A stretch of 64,000 nucleotides of DNA. Source: Candidatus Binatota bacterium. GTDB taxonomy: Bacteria > Desulfobacterota > Binatia > UBA1149. Under the pieces are notes generated by a model that was not told where the DNA came from, searched no databases, and was given only the letters and a program-made list of their open reading frames with translations. The DNA lies in assembly GCA_012960245.1 (NCBI GenBank), contig DUBO01000051.1, positions 60,887 through 124,886 on the forward strand, given 5' to 3'. Numbering within the stretch: the first letter of the stretch is position 1; the number at the start of each line of letters is the position of its first letter. This document shows positions 53,841 to 64,000 of the stretch, piece after piece. A program made the translations under genes and the position numbers.

Positions 53841-55049
53841 ATGGTCATGCAGAAGCAAGAAGAAAAACAGAACTCGTTGTTACGGCTTTCCGTTTCGGTC
53901 CTGGTGTCGGCGGCGCTGCTGCTGACAAGCGGGGCCCCGGTTTCAGCCGGCGACGCGGCCCTGGTGAGCAGGGTTTCACCTGTGAAGGCAGCCTATCGTA
54001 ACGACGAGGGGGACAAGGTGCTTCACGTCATGGCCGGTAAGACCGTGGTACTGGACTTCAAGGACCGCGCCAAGCGTGTAGCGGTGGCTAACAAGGACGT
54101 CGCCGACGTCGTGATAGCTACGCCCGAGCAGTTGCTGGTAAACGGCATTTCGGCCGGCGAGACCAGCCTCGTTGCATGGAGCGATAAGGGCAACTACAGC
54201 ATTTACAATATCGTCGTAACCGAGCAGGCCCGCGAGCAGGTGATGCTCGAAATCACGGTAGCCGAGGTCAACAAGGCCGAGCTCGAGAAGCGCGGCATAG
54301 ACATTCGCGCCATGGGGGGACAGTTCGGTGCCCTGAGCCAGGCCGGCGGCGTAGCCCCGGTGTTTGGACAGCACGCGCCTCAGGCCAACCAGCCTCCGTT
54401 CCCCGTGAGCCTGGGATCCGGTCTTTCGTTGGCGGTCGTGGATTTCAGCAACGACATAGCCGGTTTCATCAAGGCGACCAATGACGACAACGTTGCCCGT
54501 ATACTGGCCGAGCCCAAACTCCTCGCGCGTAGCGGCGAGAAAGCCAGCTTCCTTTCCGGCGGCGAGATTCCCATTCTTATCAGCGAAGACCAGCAGACAT
54601 CGGTCTCTTACAAGGAGTTCGGGGTGAAGGTCGATTTCGTTCCCGTCGTGGCCATAGACGGCACCATAGAGCTCGACGTTTTCGCGGAAGTCAGTGAGCC
54701 TGATTTTTCGCAGGGGGTCGAGCTGTTCGGCTTTACCGTACCAGCCTTTGTCAGTCGCCGAGCGCAGACGAGCGTGAGTCTTACGAGTGGCCGTAGCCTG
54801 GTAATTGCCGGTTTGCTCAAGACCACAGAGCGGGACTTCACCTCGAAGGTGCCCGTCCTCGGAAGCGTGCCGATACTAGGTGCGCTTTTCAGGCGCAGCG
54901 AGAAAGAAAAGTTTGAAACCGAGCTGATCATGGTGGTAAAGCCCGTACTGCTCGGTTCCGGTGGCTTCGATGCCTCGGCGACCGCCTCTCAAGGAGACGG
55001 AGCCGTGGACTTCATCCGCAAAAAGACCGAGGGATCCCAGCTTCGCTGA
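53841..55049 (+). CDS. cpaC: Flp pilus secretin CpaC/RcpA
   Basis: Signal peptide. BON domain. C-terminal secretin motif LVIAGLLKTTERDFTSKVPVLGSVPILGALFRRSEKEKFETELIMVVKP. Confidence 0.85.
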   Translation: MVMQKQEEKQNSLLRLSVSVLVSAALLLTSGAPVSAGDAALVSRVSPVKAAYRNDEGDKVLHVMAGKTVVLDFKDRAKRVAVANKDVADVVIATPEQLLVNGISAGETSLVAWSDKGNYSIYNIVVTEQAREQVMLEITVAEVNKAELEKRGIDIRAMGGQFGALSQAGGVAPVFGQHAPQANQPPFPVSLGSGLSLAVVDFSNDIAGFIKATNDDNVARILAEPKLLARSGEKASFLSGGEIPILISEDQQTSVSYKEFGVKVDFVPVVAIDGTIELDVFAEVSEPDFSQGVELFGFTVPAFVSRRAQTSVSLTSGRSLVIAGLLKTTERDFTSKVPVLGSVPILGALFRRSEKEKFETELIMVVKPVLLGSGGFDASATASQGDGAVDFIRKKTEGSQLR

Positions 55050-55067
55050 GGAATACGGAAACCGGCG

Positions 55068-56260
55068 ATGAAACGGGATAGTATCCGAACACTTACAGCC
55101 TTTAGAGGGCAGGACGATTCGGCCTTGAGGTCGGTGTTGGAATCCTTGCCCGGATTCGACGTAGAGGTATGCTCAAATTCTTACGAGCAAGTGCTCGCGC
55201 GCGGTGGTCTTGAAGACGTCCAGGCCGCGTTTGTCTACCTCGACGGAATCGAGGACGAGGGGCTCAAGCTCGTCGGACGGCTCATGGCCTCGCAGCCGGA
55301 CCTCGCGGTGTTCGTCGTGTCGGAGAAACCCGGTACCGACCTCGTCGTAAGTTCTATAAGGGCCGGGGCCGCCGACGTGGTGGCCGCTGACGCGGGAACT
55401 GCGGACCTTCTTAAGCACATGGTGCGCCTGGTCGAGGTGCGCCGAAAACGTCCGGGCGGAGGTTGTCACAAGCTGGTGACGGTGTTCTCGCCGAGGGGCG
55501 GTGTCGGCGTGACGACCCTGGCCATAAATCTCGCGGTTTCGCTCAAGCAGCAGACCGGGGCACGCGTCGCGCTCGTTGACCTCGACCTGCAGAACGGCGA
55601 AGTGCCAGCTTTTCTCAATTTCAGGCACCCCTATTCGATCCTCGACCTCGTAGAAAACGTGGACAACCTTGACCCCGTGTTCCTGCAGGCCACGCTCTAC
55701 CAACACTCGAGCGGGGTAGCCGTGCTACCCGCGCCCCCGATGCTGGAGGATTCCGAATCTCTTTCGGGTTCCGACGTCGCCGCGGTCCTCAAGGCGCTCA
55801 AGGCCCAGTATGACTACGTGGTGGTTGATACTCCGCCGGTGCTCAACGATGTCGTGCTTCCCGCCCTCGAGGCAGCCGAGCCCTTGTATCTCTTGACGGG
55901 AAACACCATCCCCGCCATCCGGGCGCTGCAGAGGGTGTGCGGGACACTGAAGAGGGTGGGATTGACGCCCGATAACATTAAGCTCGTGGTCGCCGGCGCA
56001 GCCGCGGCGGGGGAGGTGACCGACGATGACATCGCCGACGTGAGCAGGCTGCCGGTGAGCGGCTGCCTGCCCGCCGACCCCGTCGTTGCCGCCAGCGCCC
56101 TGGGCCAGGGCAGATCGGTGTTCGCCGCCGATGAGGACAGCAAGCTGGCGGTCGCAATACGCGCTATAGCGGCGCGACTGGCGGGCCCGGCTGCTGTTGT
56201 GCAGCCGCCGCAGCGACGAGGATTATTCTCCAGGTTCACGCCTGCAGGGGGTGCCAGCTA

Positions 56261-56261
<1 letters not shown>
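55068..56261 (+). CDS. cpaE: CpaE/TadZ pilus assembly ATPase-like protein (receiver-like N-domain plus MinD/ParA fold)
   Basis: [22 protein letters not shown] deviant Walker A. Confidence 0.8.
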
Positions 56262-57801
<1,540 letters not shown>

Positions 57802-57820
<19 letters not shown>

Positions 57821-58767
57821 CTTTCGGGCTTTCGTTGTCGGTGGCCTTGATGTCGGCCGGCATTATGGTGCGCTTGCGACGCGCGACCCAGCGGGAGGCA
57901 GTGCTCGACAGGTTGCGGGCCGACCCGGTGCTGTCGCTTAACGAAGATAGTCGTCGCAGTATCCTTCGCGACGCGCGATTGAGCGAAGTGAGTTTTATCA
58001 ACGAGCTACTCGAACGAATATCGCTCGTGCGGGTGCTCGAGCGCTGGCTGGTACAGGCTCGATGGAAGGTGCGGGCCGACGACGTGCTCCTGCGCAGCGT
58101 GCTCATGGGGCTCACCGGCGTGGTCTCGATGCAGTTGACCGTTGGCTCCACGCTGCTTGGTGTCGGGGTGGGCGCGGCCTTGGCCGGTTCGCCGGTGATG
58201 ATACTGCTCATGCAGCGAAAACGCCGTTTTGCCGCTTTCGACAGGCAGCTTCCCGACGCGCTGACGATGATGAAAAACTCGCTTCAGGCGGGCTACACTC
58301 TGAATAAAGCGATGCAGGTGATCGCCGAGGAAATGGAAGCCCCGGTGGGCGAGGAGTTCCGCGACACGGTCGAGGAAATGCGCCTCGGGGTACCCCTGTC
58401 CCAGGCCATGAACAACCTCCGTCGCAGGATCGAGAACAACAACCTCGATATTTTTATAACCGCGGTGCTCATTCAGTTCGAGGTGGGGGGCAGCCTCACC
58501 GAGTTGCTTGAAAACGTAAGCGAGACGATACGAGAGCGCTTCCGGATGGAGGGCGAGGTAAAGTCGCTCACCGCCGAGGGACGCATATCGGGTATCGTGG
58601 TTGGCGTGTTGCCCATCGCCCTGGTGGCCATCATAAGCGTGATGCAGCCCGACTACCTGGAGCCCTTGCTCGCTACCGAGACCGGGCACAAGCTGCTCGG
58701 GCTCGCCGCGGTGCTCGAGACCCTGGGTTTCTTAGCCATAAGGAAGGTCAGTCGTGTCAACTTCTGA
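57802..58767 (+). CDS. tadB: TadB (type II secretion system F-domain) inner-membrane protein
   Basis: GspF-like domain, 3-4 TM segments, position after cpaF. Confidence 0.8.
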
Positions 58768-58776
58768 GGGCAGCGC

Positions 58777-59718
58777 ATGACCCCGTTGTTGATATCCCTG
58801 GGTGCGGCGCTTGGCGGTGGCTTATTTTTTTCCGGCGTGGTCCTGGCTCTACGTAGCAGGAGAGACATGCAACGCAGGCTCGCGGTGGCGCTGCCGGCCG
58901 AAGGCGTCTCCGTGCTAGATGATGAAGAGCAGCAGAGCTTCGTATCCCGCTTGCTCTCCGACGTGGGTGCGTGGGTGGCAGACACCTTCGGCGCTCCGGC
59001 AGACGCTGCTGCGACTACGAAAGACAACAGTGACAGCGAGAAGTTGCTTTCTGCGGCGGGTTGGCGCGGTCCTCGAGCGGTGGCCCTCTACGCCGGCGCG
59101 AGAATGGGACTGGCCCTGTCGCTGGCGTTCATCGCCGCTATCGGGGCGCTCGTAAGCGGTGGCGAGCTAAGCCAGGCCGCCCAGTACGGTGCCTGCGGCG
59201 GCTTGCTCGGTTACTTCATCCCGCGCTTCGTGGTCGGCTCTCGTGCAAACAAGCGCAGGCTGTTAATAACCCGGACCTTGCCCGACGTGGTCGATATGTT
59301 CGTGCTCTGTGTCGAGGCGGGGCTGGGCCTGAACGCGGCCATGAAGCGGGTGGGCGACGAGCGCTCCCGCGATCCCGATGATGTCCTGGGCCGTGAACTT
59401 TCGTTGATGAACTACCAGCTGGCCTCGGGACGCAGCCGCGAAGACGCCTTTCTCGAGCTGGGCAGGCGCAACGACGCCGAGGACCTGAAGGCCTTTTCTT
59501 CTTTCATGGTCCAGAGCGACAAGCTCGGCACCAACATAGCCGACGCGCTGCGGGTTTTTGCCGGCGAGTCGCGGTCGCGGCGCAAGCAGATGGCCCAGGA
59601 AGCCGCCAACAAGGCGGCGGTAAAACTCCTGTTTCCCCTGGTGCTGTTTATCTTCCCCACGATGTTTCTCGTAATTCTCGGTCCGGCCATCATGAAGCTC
59701 CAAGCCGCCATGCCCTAG
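58777..59718 (+). CDS. tadC: TadC inner-membrane protein
   Basis: Second GspF-like protein (VLCVEAGLGLNAAMKRV). Confidence 0.75.
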   Translation: MTPLLISLGAALGGGLFFSGVVLALRSRRDMQRRLAVALPAEGVSVLDDEEQQSFVSRLLSDVGAWVADTFGAPADAAATTKDNSDSEKLLSAAGWRGPRAVALYAGARMGLALSLAFIAAIGALVSGGELSQAAQYGACGGLLGYFIPRFVVGSRANKRRLLITRTLPDVVDMFVLCVEAGLGLNAAMKRVGDERSRDPDDVLGRELSLMNYQLASGRSREDAFLELGRRNDAEDLKAFSSFMVQSDKLGTNIADALRVFAGESRSRRKQMAQEAANKAAVKLLFPLVLFIFPTMFLVILGPAIMKLQAAMP

Positions 59719-59775
59719 GCTCGAACGTCCTGGGCGGGGGTTAACGAGACAGCGGCGATGGTGTAAGTATCGCTC

Positions 59776-61779
59776 TTGCGACACCAAGGCACTTTCAAGC
59801 TCGAGACCGACTTCCGCCTGCAGGGCGATCAGCCCGCCGCCGTCCGCGAGCTCGTGGCGGGAATAGAGCAGGGCTTGGAGCACCAGGTGCTGTTGGGGGT
59901 CACCGGTTCGGGCAAGACCTTTACCATGGCCAACGTCATCGAGCGCCTGAACAGGCCCGCGCTCGTGCTCGCACCCAACAAGACCCTGGCCGCCCAGCTC
60001 TACAGCGAGTTCAAGCAACTCTTTCCCTCCAACGCGGTTCGCTACTTCGTTTCGTACTACGACTATTATCAACCCGAGGCCTACGTACCGAGCACCGATA
60101 CCTACATCGAGAAAGACTCGGCGATCAACGACGAGATAGACAAGATGCGCCACTCGGCCACCCGGGCGCTGCTGGAGCGCAGCGACGTGCTCATCGTGGC
60201 CTCGGTGTCGTGCATATACGGCCTCGGCACGCCCGAAGACTACTTCAAGATGCTGCTGTTTCTCGAGGAAGGGCAGCGTGCCAATCGTGACGAGGTCATG
60301 CGTAAGCTTGTCGCTATTAACTACCAGCGGGATGACGCCGACTTCCACCGTGGCACCTTCAGGGTCAGGGGCGATATCGTCGAAATATTTCCTGTCTACG
60401 AAGACGTCCGCGCCCTGCGCGTAGAGTTCTTTGACGACGAAGTAGAATCGATAAAGGAAATCGACCCGCTGCGAGGCACGGTCAACCGTAAGCTGGAAAG
60501 GCTGGTACTTTACCCGGCCAGTCATTACGTGACCACCGCGGAAAACATGAAAGTCGCCATCGAACGCATTCGCAACGAGCTGGGCCTGCGCGGCACCGAG
60601 CTGCGCGCCGAGGACAAGGCGCTGGAGGCCCAGCGGCTGGAGCAGCGGACCCTCTACGACATCGAAATGCTCGAAGAGATGGGCGTGTGCACCGGTATTG
60701 AGAACTACTCAAGGCACCTGGCCGGCCGGCATGCCGGGGAGACGCCGGCCACCCTGTTGCACTATTTTCCCGATGATTTCGTGGCCTTCCTCGACGAGAG
60801 CCACATCAGTGTTTCGCAGGTAGGCGGCATGTACCGTGCGGACAGGTCGCGTAAAAACACCCTGGTTGATTTTGGTTTCAGGTTACCGTCGGCGCTGGAC
60901 AACCGGCCGCTTACCTTCGAAGAATTCGGTGACGTGATGGGCCCCCTTGTCTACGTGTCGGCCACGCCCGGTGACTACGAGCTCGAGAAGTCGGCTGGGG
61001 TAGTGGTCGAACAGCTCGTCCGTCCTACCGGCCTGGTGGACCCAGAGGTAGAGGTGAGGGGGGCCGGCAACCAGGTAGACGACCTGCTGGACGAAGTTCG
61101 CTTGCGCGTCGAACGCGACCAGAGGGTGCTGGTCACGACCCTGACCAAGAAGATGGCCGAGGACCTGAGCGAGTACTACGACGAGCTCGGCATCAAGGTG
61201 CGCTACCTGCACTCGGACGTGGTCACCCTGGAGAGAGTGGAGATCCTGCGTGATCTGAGGCGCGGTGTGTTCGACGTGCTGGTGGGCATCAACCTGCTCA
61301 GGGAGGGGCTGGATCTTCCCGAGGTATCGCTGGTGGCGATACTCGACGCCGATAAGGAAGGTTTTCTTCGCTCCGCAAGGTCTTTGATACAAACCATGGG
61401 CAGGGCCGCACGCCATATAGACGGCAAGGTCATCATGTACGCCGACAGGATAACCGGCGCCATGGAGCAGGCGATGGACGAGACCGCCCGTCGCCGCGAG
61501 ATGCAGGAGGCATATAACAAGGAGCACGGCATCGAACCCCGGGGCATAGAGCGGGGCGTGGACGATCCGATGGTGCGCATGGCCGAGGCCGACTACGGCC
61601 CGATACCCGAGGTAGCCGAGTCGTCGGCTGATTATGGCGACGGCGGACTTCGCGCCGAGATCGAAAGCCTCAGGCGGCGCATGAAAGAAGCGGCCGCCGG
61701 AATGGATTTTGAAAAGGCGGCCGAGCTCAGGGACAAGGCCAACCGTCTCGAGCAGCAGGAGCTCGGGTACGGTGGCTGA
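59776..61779 (+). CDS. uvrB: Excinuclease ABC subunit B (UvrB)
   Basis: [27 protein letters not shown]. Walker [14 protein letters not shown]. Helicase motifs. C-terminal UVR domain ([17 protein letters not shown]). The apparent start is TTG at 59776. Confidence 0.95.
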   Translation: MRHQGTFKLETDFRLQGDQPAAVRELVAGIEQGLEHQVLLGVTGSGKTFTMANVIERLNRPALVLAPNKTLAAQLYSEFKQLFPSNAVRYFVSYYDYYQPEAYVPSTDTYIEKDSAINDEIDKMRHSATRALLERSDVLIVASVSCIYGLGTPEDYFKMLLFLEEGQRANRDEVMRKLVAINYQRDDADFHRGTFRVRGDIVEIFPVYEDVRALRVEFFDDEVESIKEIDPLRGTVNRKLERLVLYPASHYVTTAENMKVAIERIRNELGLRGTELRAEDKALEAQRLEQRTLYDIEMLEEMGVCTGIENYSRHLAGRHAGETPATLLHYFPDDFVAFLDESHISVSQVGGMYRADRSRKNTLVDFGFRLPSALDNRPLTFEEFGDVMGPLVYVSATPGDYELEKSAGVVVEQLVRPTGLVDPEVEVRGAGNQVDDLLDEVRLRVERDQRVLVTTLTKKMAEDLSEYYDELGIKVRYLHSDVVTLERVEILRDLRRGVFDVLVGINLLREGLDLPEVSLVAILDADKEGFLRSARSLIQTMGRAARHIDGKVIMYADRITGAMEQAMDETARRREMQEAYNKEHGIEPRGIERGVDDPMVRMAEADYGPIPEVAESSADYGDGGLRAEIESLRRRMKEAAAGMDFEKAAELRDKANRLEQQELGYGG

Positions 61780-63670
61780 CGGCCCACCCGCCGAGGACAA
61801 AAAAACCCCTACCACGCGGGAGAAGCTGGGGGCAAAGGTTGGCACGCTTCCCACCGGCCCTGGCGTCTACCTGTTCAAGGACAGCAAGGGCAAGGTGCTG
61901 TACGTCGGCAAGGCGCGCAGCCTTCGCCAACGCTTGCGCAGCTACCTCGCCGAGGGTGGTGACGGGCGCTACCAGTTGCGTTTCCTGATGCAGAAGGTCG
62001 CCGACCTCGAGACCCTCGTGACCGACGGCGAAGCCGAGGCGCTGATGCTGGAGGCCAACCTGATCCAGCAGTACAAGCCGCGGTACAACATACGCCTGAA
62101 GGACGACAAGAGTTACCTGTCGGTCAAGGTCACGAGCAAGGACGAGTGGCCGCGGCTGTTTCCGACGCGGCGTATCCAGCGCGACGGCAGCACCTACCTC
62201 GGCCCTTACCCGTCGGCGTCGGGCGTGCACGAAACCTTGTCTACCATACGCAGGGTGTTTCCGCTGCGCACCTGCTCGGATACCGTGTTTCGTAACCGTT
62301 CGCGTCCCTGCCTCGAGTACCAGATCAAGCGTTGCCTGGCCCCCTGCGTGTACGAGGTGGACAAGAAAGCCTACGCGCTTCATCTCGACGGGGCGGTAAA
62401 GCTTCTAGAGGGCAAGACCGACGGACTGTTGCGCGATATCGAGCGGCGCATGGCCGAGGCCGCTGCCGCCGAGGAGTATGAAGACGCGGCGAGGCTGCGG
62501 GACCGGGCGGCCGCGATCAAGACCGTGGCCGATAAGCAGAAGGTAGTGGTGCACGGCGGCGGCGATCGTGACGTTTTTGGCCTGGCGCGGGAAGGTGGAT
62601 TCGTCCAGGCCCAGGTGTTGCTGGTGAGGTCGGGACGACTGTCGGCCCACCTGTCTTACCAGTTTGACGATCACGATTTTCCCGACGAGGAGGTCCTCGA
62701 TTCACTGCTGGGACGCTTCTACGAGGGCGATCGCTATGTTCCCGCGGAGGTGTTGCTGCCCGTGGACGTCGAGGGTCGCGGCACCTTGGCCAGCGTTCTT
62801 TCGTCACGCCTGGGCAGGAAGGTGTCGGTGCTGGTACCGTTGCGGGGTGAAAAGAAACGCCTTGTAGAGATGGCCGTGCGCAACGCGGTGCACGCGCTTT
62901 CTGAACGCAGCGACGAGTCCCTGCGCCGCGAGAAGATGCTCAAGGAACTGCGCGACAGGTTGGGGCTGTCGAGTATCCCCAAGCGAGTGGAGTGCTTCGA
63001 TATCTCGCACGTCTCGGGCGAAGACGTTGTTGCTTCCATGGTGGCTTTTGACGAAGGCTTGCCCGACAGGTCGGGCTACCGCCACTACCGGCTCAAGGAA
63101 GTGCAGCGCAACGATGACTATGCGGCCATGAAAGAGGTGCTGCATCGCCGCCTGGTGCGAGGGGTCAGCGAGGGCGGCCTGCCCGACCTCTTGCTGGTGG
63201 ACGGCGGCAGGGGGCAGCTGTCGATGGCCGTGGAGGTGCTGCGCGAGCTCGGGGTCGAGGGGGTAGAGCTGGCATCGTTGGCCAAGGACAAGGTCAAGAG
63301 CGACGCTCAATCCGAAGAAATCGAGCGCAGTGAGGAGCGCGTGTTCAGGCCCGGGCGCTCTAACCCGATAAAGCTCAGGCGCAACTCCAACGCCTTGTTC
63401 CTGCTGCAGCGCTTGCGCGACGAAGCGCACCGTTTTGCGATTACCTACCACCGCAAGCTTCGTTCGAAGCGCCGCTTACGATCCGAACTCGACGACATCA
63501 CTGGCGTCGGCCCGTCCAGGCGAAAGGCGCTGCTGAGGCATTTTGGTAGCGTAAAGCGCGTGCGCGAAGCCGAGGTAGAAGAAATCGCCTCGCTGGCCGG
63601 TTTCGGTGACGAGTTGGCGGCCCTGATCAAGGCCGCCCTGCAGGCTGGTCCCTCGCGCGGCGACCGCTAG
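61772..63670 (+). CDS. uvrC: Excinuclease ABC subunit C (UvrC)
   Basis: GIY-YIG motif [30 protein letters not shown] domain. C-terminal HhH. A GTG at 61772 overlaps the uvrB stop by 8 nt; an earlier in-frame start is possible. Confidence 0.9.
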   Translation: MADGPPAEDKKTPTTREKLGAKVGTLPTGPGVYLFKDSKGKVLYVGKARSLRQRLRSYLAEGGDGRYQLRFLMQKVADLETLVTDGEAEALMLEANLIQQYKPRYNIRLKDDKSYLSVKVTSKDEWPRLFPTRRIQRDGSTYLGPYPSASGVHETLSTIRRVFPLRTCSDTVFRNRSRPCLEYQIKRCLAPCVYEVDKKAYALHLDGAVKLLEGKTDGLLRDIERRMAEAAAAEEYEDAARLRDRAAAIKTVADKQKVVVHGGGDRDVFGLAREGGFVQAQVLLVRSGRLSAHLSYQFDDHDFPDEEVLDSLLGRFYEGDRYVPAEVLLPVDVEGRGTLASVLSSRLGRKVSVLVPLRGEKKRLVEMAVRNAVHALSERSDESLRREKMLKELRDRLGLSSIPKRVECFDISHVSGEDVVASMVAFDEGLPDRSGYRHYRLKEVQRNDDYAAMKEVLHRRLVRGVSEGGLPDLLLVDGGRGQLSMAVEVLRELGVEGVELASLAKDKVKSDAQSEEIERSEERVFRPGRSNPIKLRRNSNALFLLQRLRDEAHRFAITYHRKLRSKRRLRSELDDITGVGPSRRKALLRHFGSVKRVREAEVEEIASLAGFGDELAALIKAALQAGPSRGDR

Positions 63671-63771
63671 CCGACCTGGCAGGGCGTTATGACAGCCCCT
63701 ACATTACCGGCCGGGTATACCTTTGCCTTCAGCCCTTGAATGCCAGCCGCCGCTTGCGCTAATGGATAACG

Positions 63772-64000
63772 GTGGCGGTGTACCTGGCGGCGTTGGCAGC
63801 ATTTTCGGCGGCGTGGTGCTGCGCTGCGGGCCTGCCGGTACTGCCCGGGCAATGGTTCGAACGCCTCCTTCCCGCGCTGCTTTGCGCCGCGTGGGGGGGC
63901 TGCTCAGTGGCGCGGGGGCAGCTCAAGAAAAGAACACTGCTTGCGGTCGTGTTGCTGGCGCTGTTGGTGGGCTGGAGAGCGTTGCCACCGGTCGAACCCC
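63772..64000 (+). CDS. Possible 5' part of a small hydrophobic membrane protein (partial at the window end)
   Basis: GTG at 63772 opens a frame encoding VAVYLAALAAFSAAWCCAAGLPVLPGQWFERLLPALLCAAWGG...LLAVVLLALLVGW, which is TM-helix-like. No stop before the window end. Confidence 0.3.
   Translation, partial: MAVYLAALAAFSAAWCCAAGLPVLPGQWFERLLPALLCAAWGGCSVARGQLKKRTLLAVVLLALLVGWRALPPVEP

Overview
The window is 64 kb of very high-GC bacterial chromosome. The taxon cannot be determined from sequence alone. Myxobacterial-type disulfide-rich repeats, a tad/Flp pilus locus and luciferase-like (LLM) oxidoreductases point to a Myxococcota-like or other high-GC Gram-negative genome. The first ~26.5 kb forms an unusual cluster of giant secreted proteins that share modules. 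(1) A >2300-aa protein carrying two cohesin-like domains, a dockerin-like Ca-binding module, about 45 CTDC-type Cys-rich 24-25-aa repeats and a C-terminal domain. (2) A 1748-aa fusion of a di-heme cytochrome c peroxidase (MauG/CCP family, three signature motifs present) to the same Cys-rich repeats and the same C-terminal domain. (3) A small secreted Cys-domain protein, translationally coupled to (2), that is paralogous to the N-terminus of (4). (4) A 2212-aa fusion of that N-domain, about 45 myxo-type CxxDGxxxxxExCDDGN disulfide repeats and a large multi-unit multicopper oxidase with a canonical HCHxxxHxxxxM type-1 Cu site. These are followed by a translationally coupled operon (YVTN beta-propeller, two SCO1/SenC copper chaperones, cytochrome c fused to a periplasmic-binding-protein fold) and a secreted trypsin-like protease carrying the same myxo-type repeat. 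I read this as a previously undescribed, scaffolded extracellular peroxidase-plus-multicopper-oxidase system. The remainder is more ordinary: an FkbH-like HAD/GNAT protein; an alpha/beta hydrolase, two SDRs and a TonB-dependent receptor; a nitroreductase, two LLM oxidoreductases and a pyridine-nucleotide-disulfide oxidoreductase coupled to an ArsS-like radical-SAM/Cys-rich protein; an HME-RND (CzcCBA/CusCBA-like) efflux operon; tRNA-Asn(GUU); a sulfatase-like and an NPP-type phosphodiesterase; a complete tad/Flp pilus locus (two flp pilins, one missed by the ORF track, then cpaA, cpaB, cpaC, cpaE, cpaF, tadB, tadC); and uvrB-uvrC. Most antisense ORFs in the six-frame track are high-GC artefacts.
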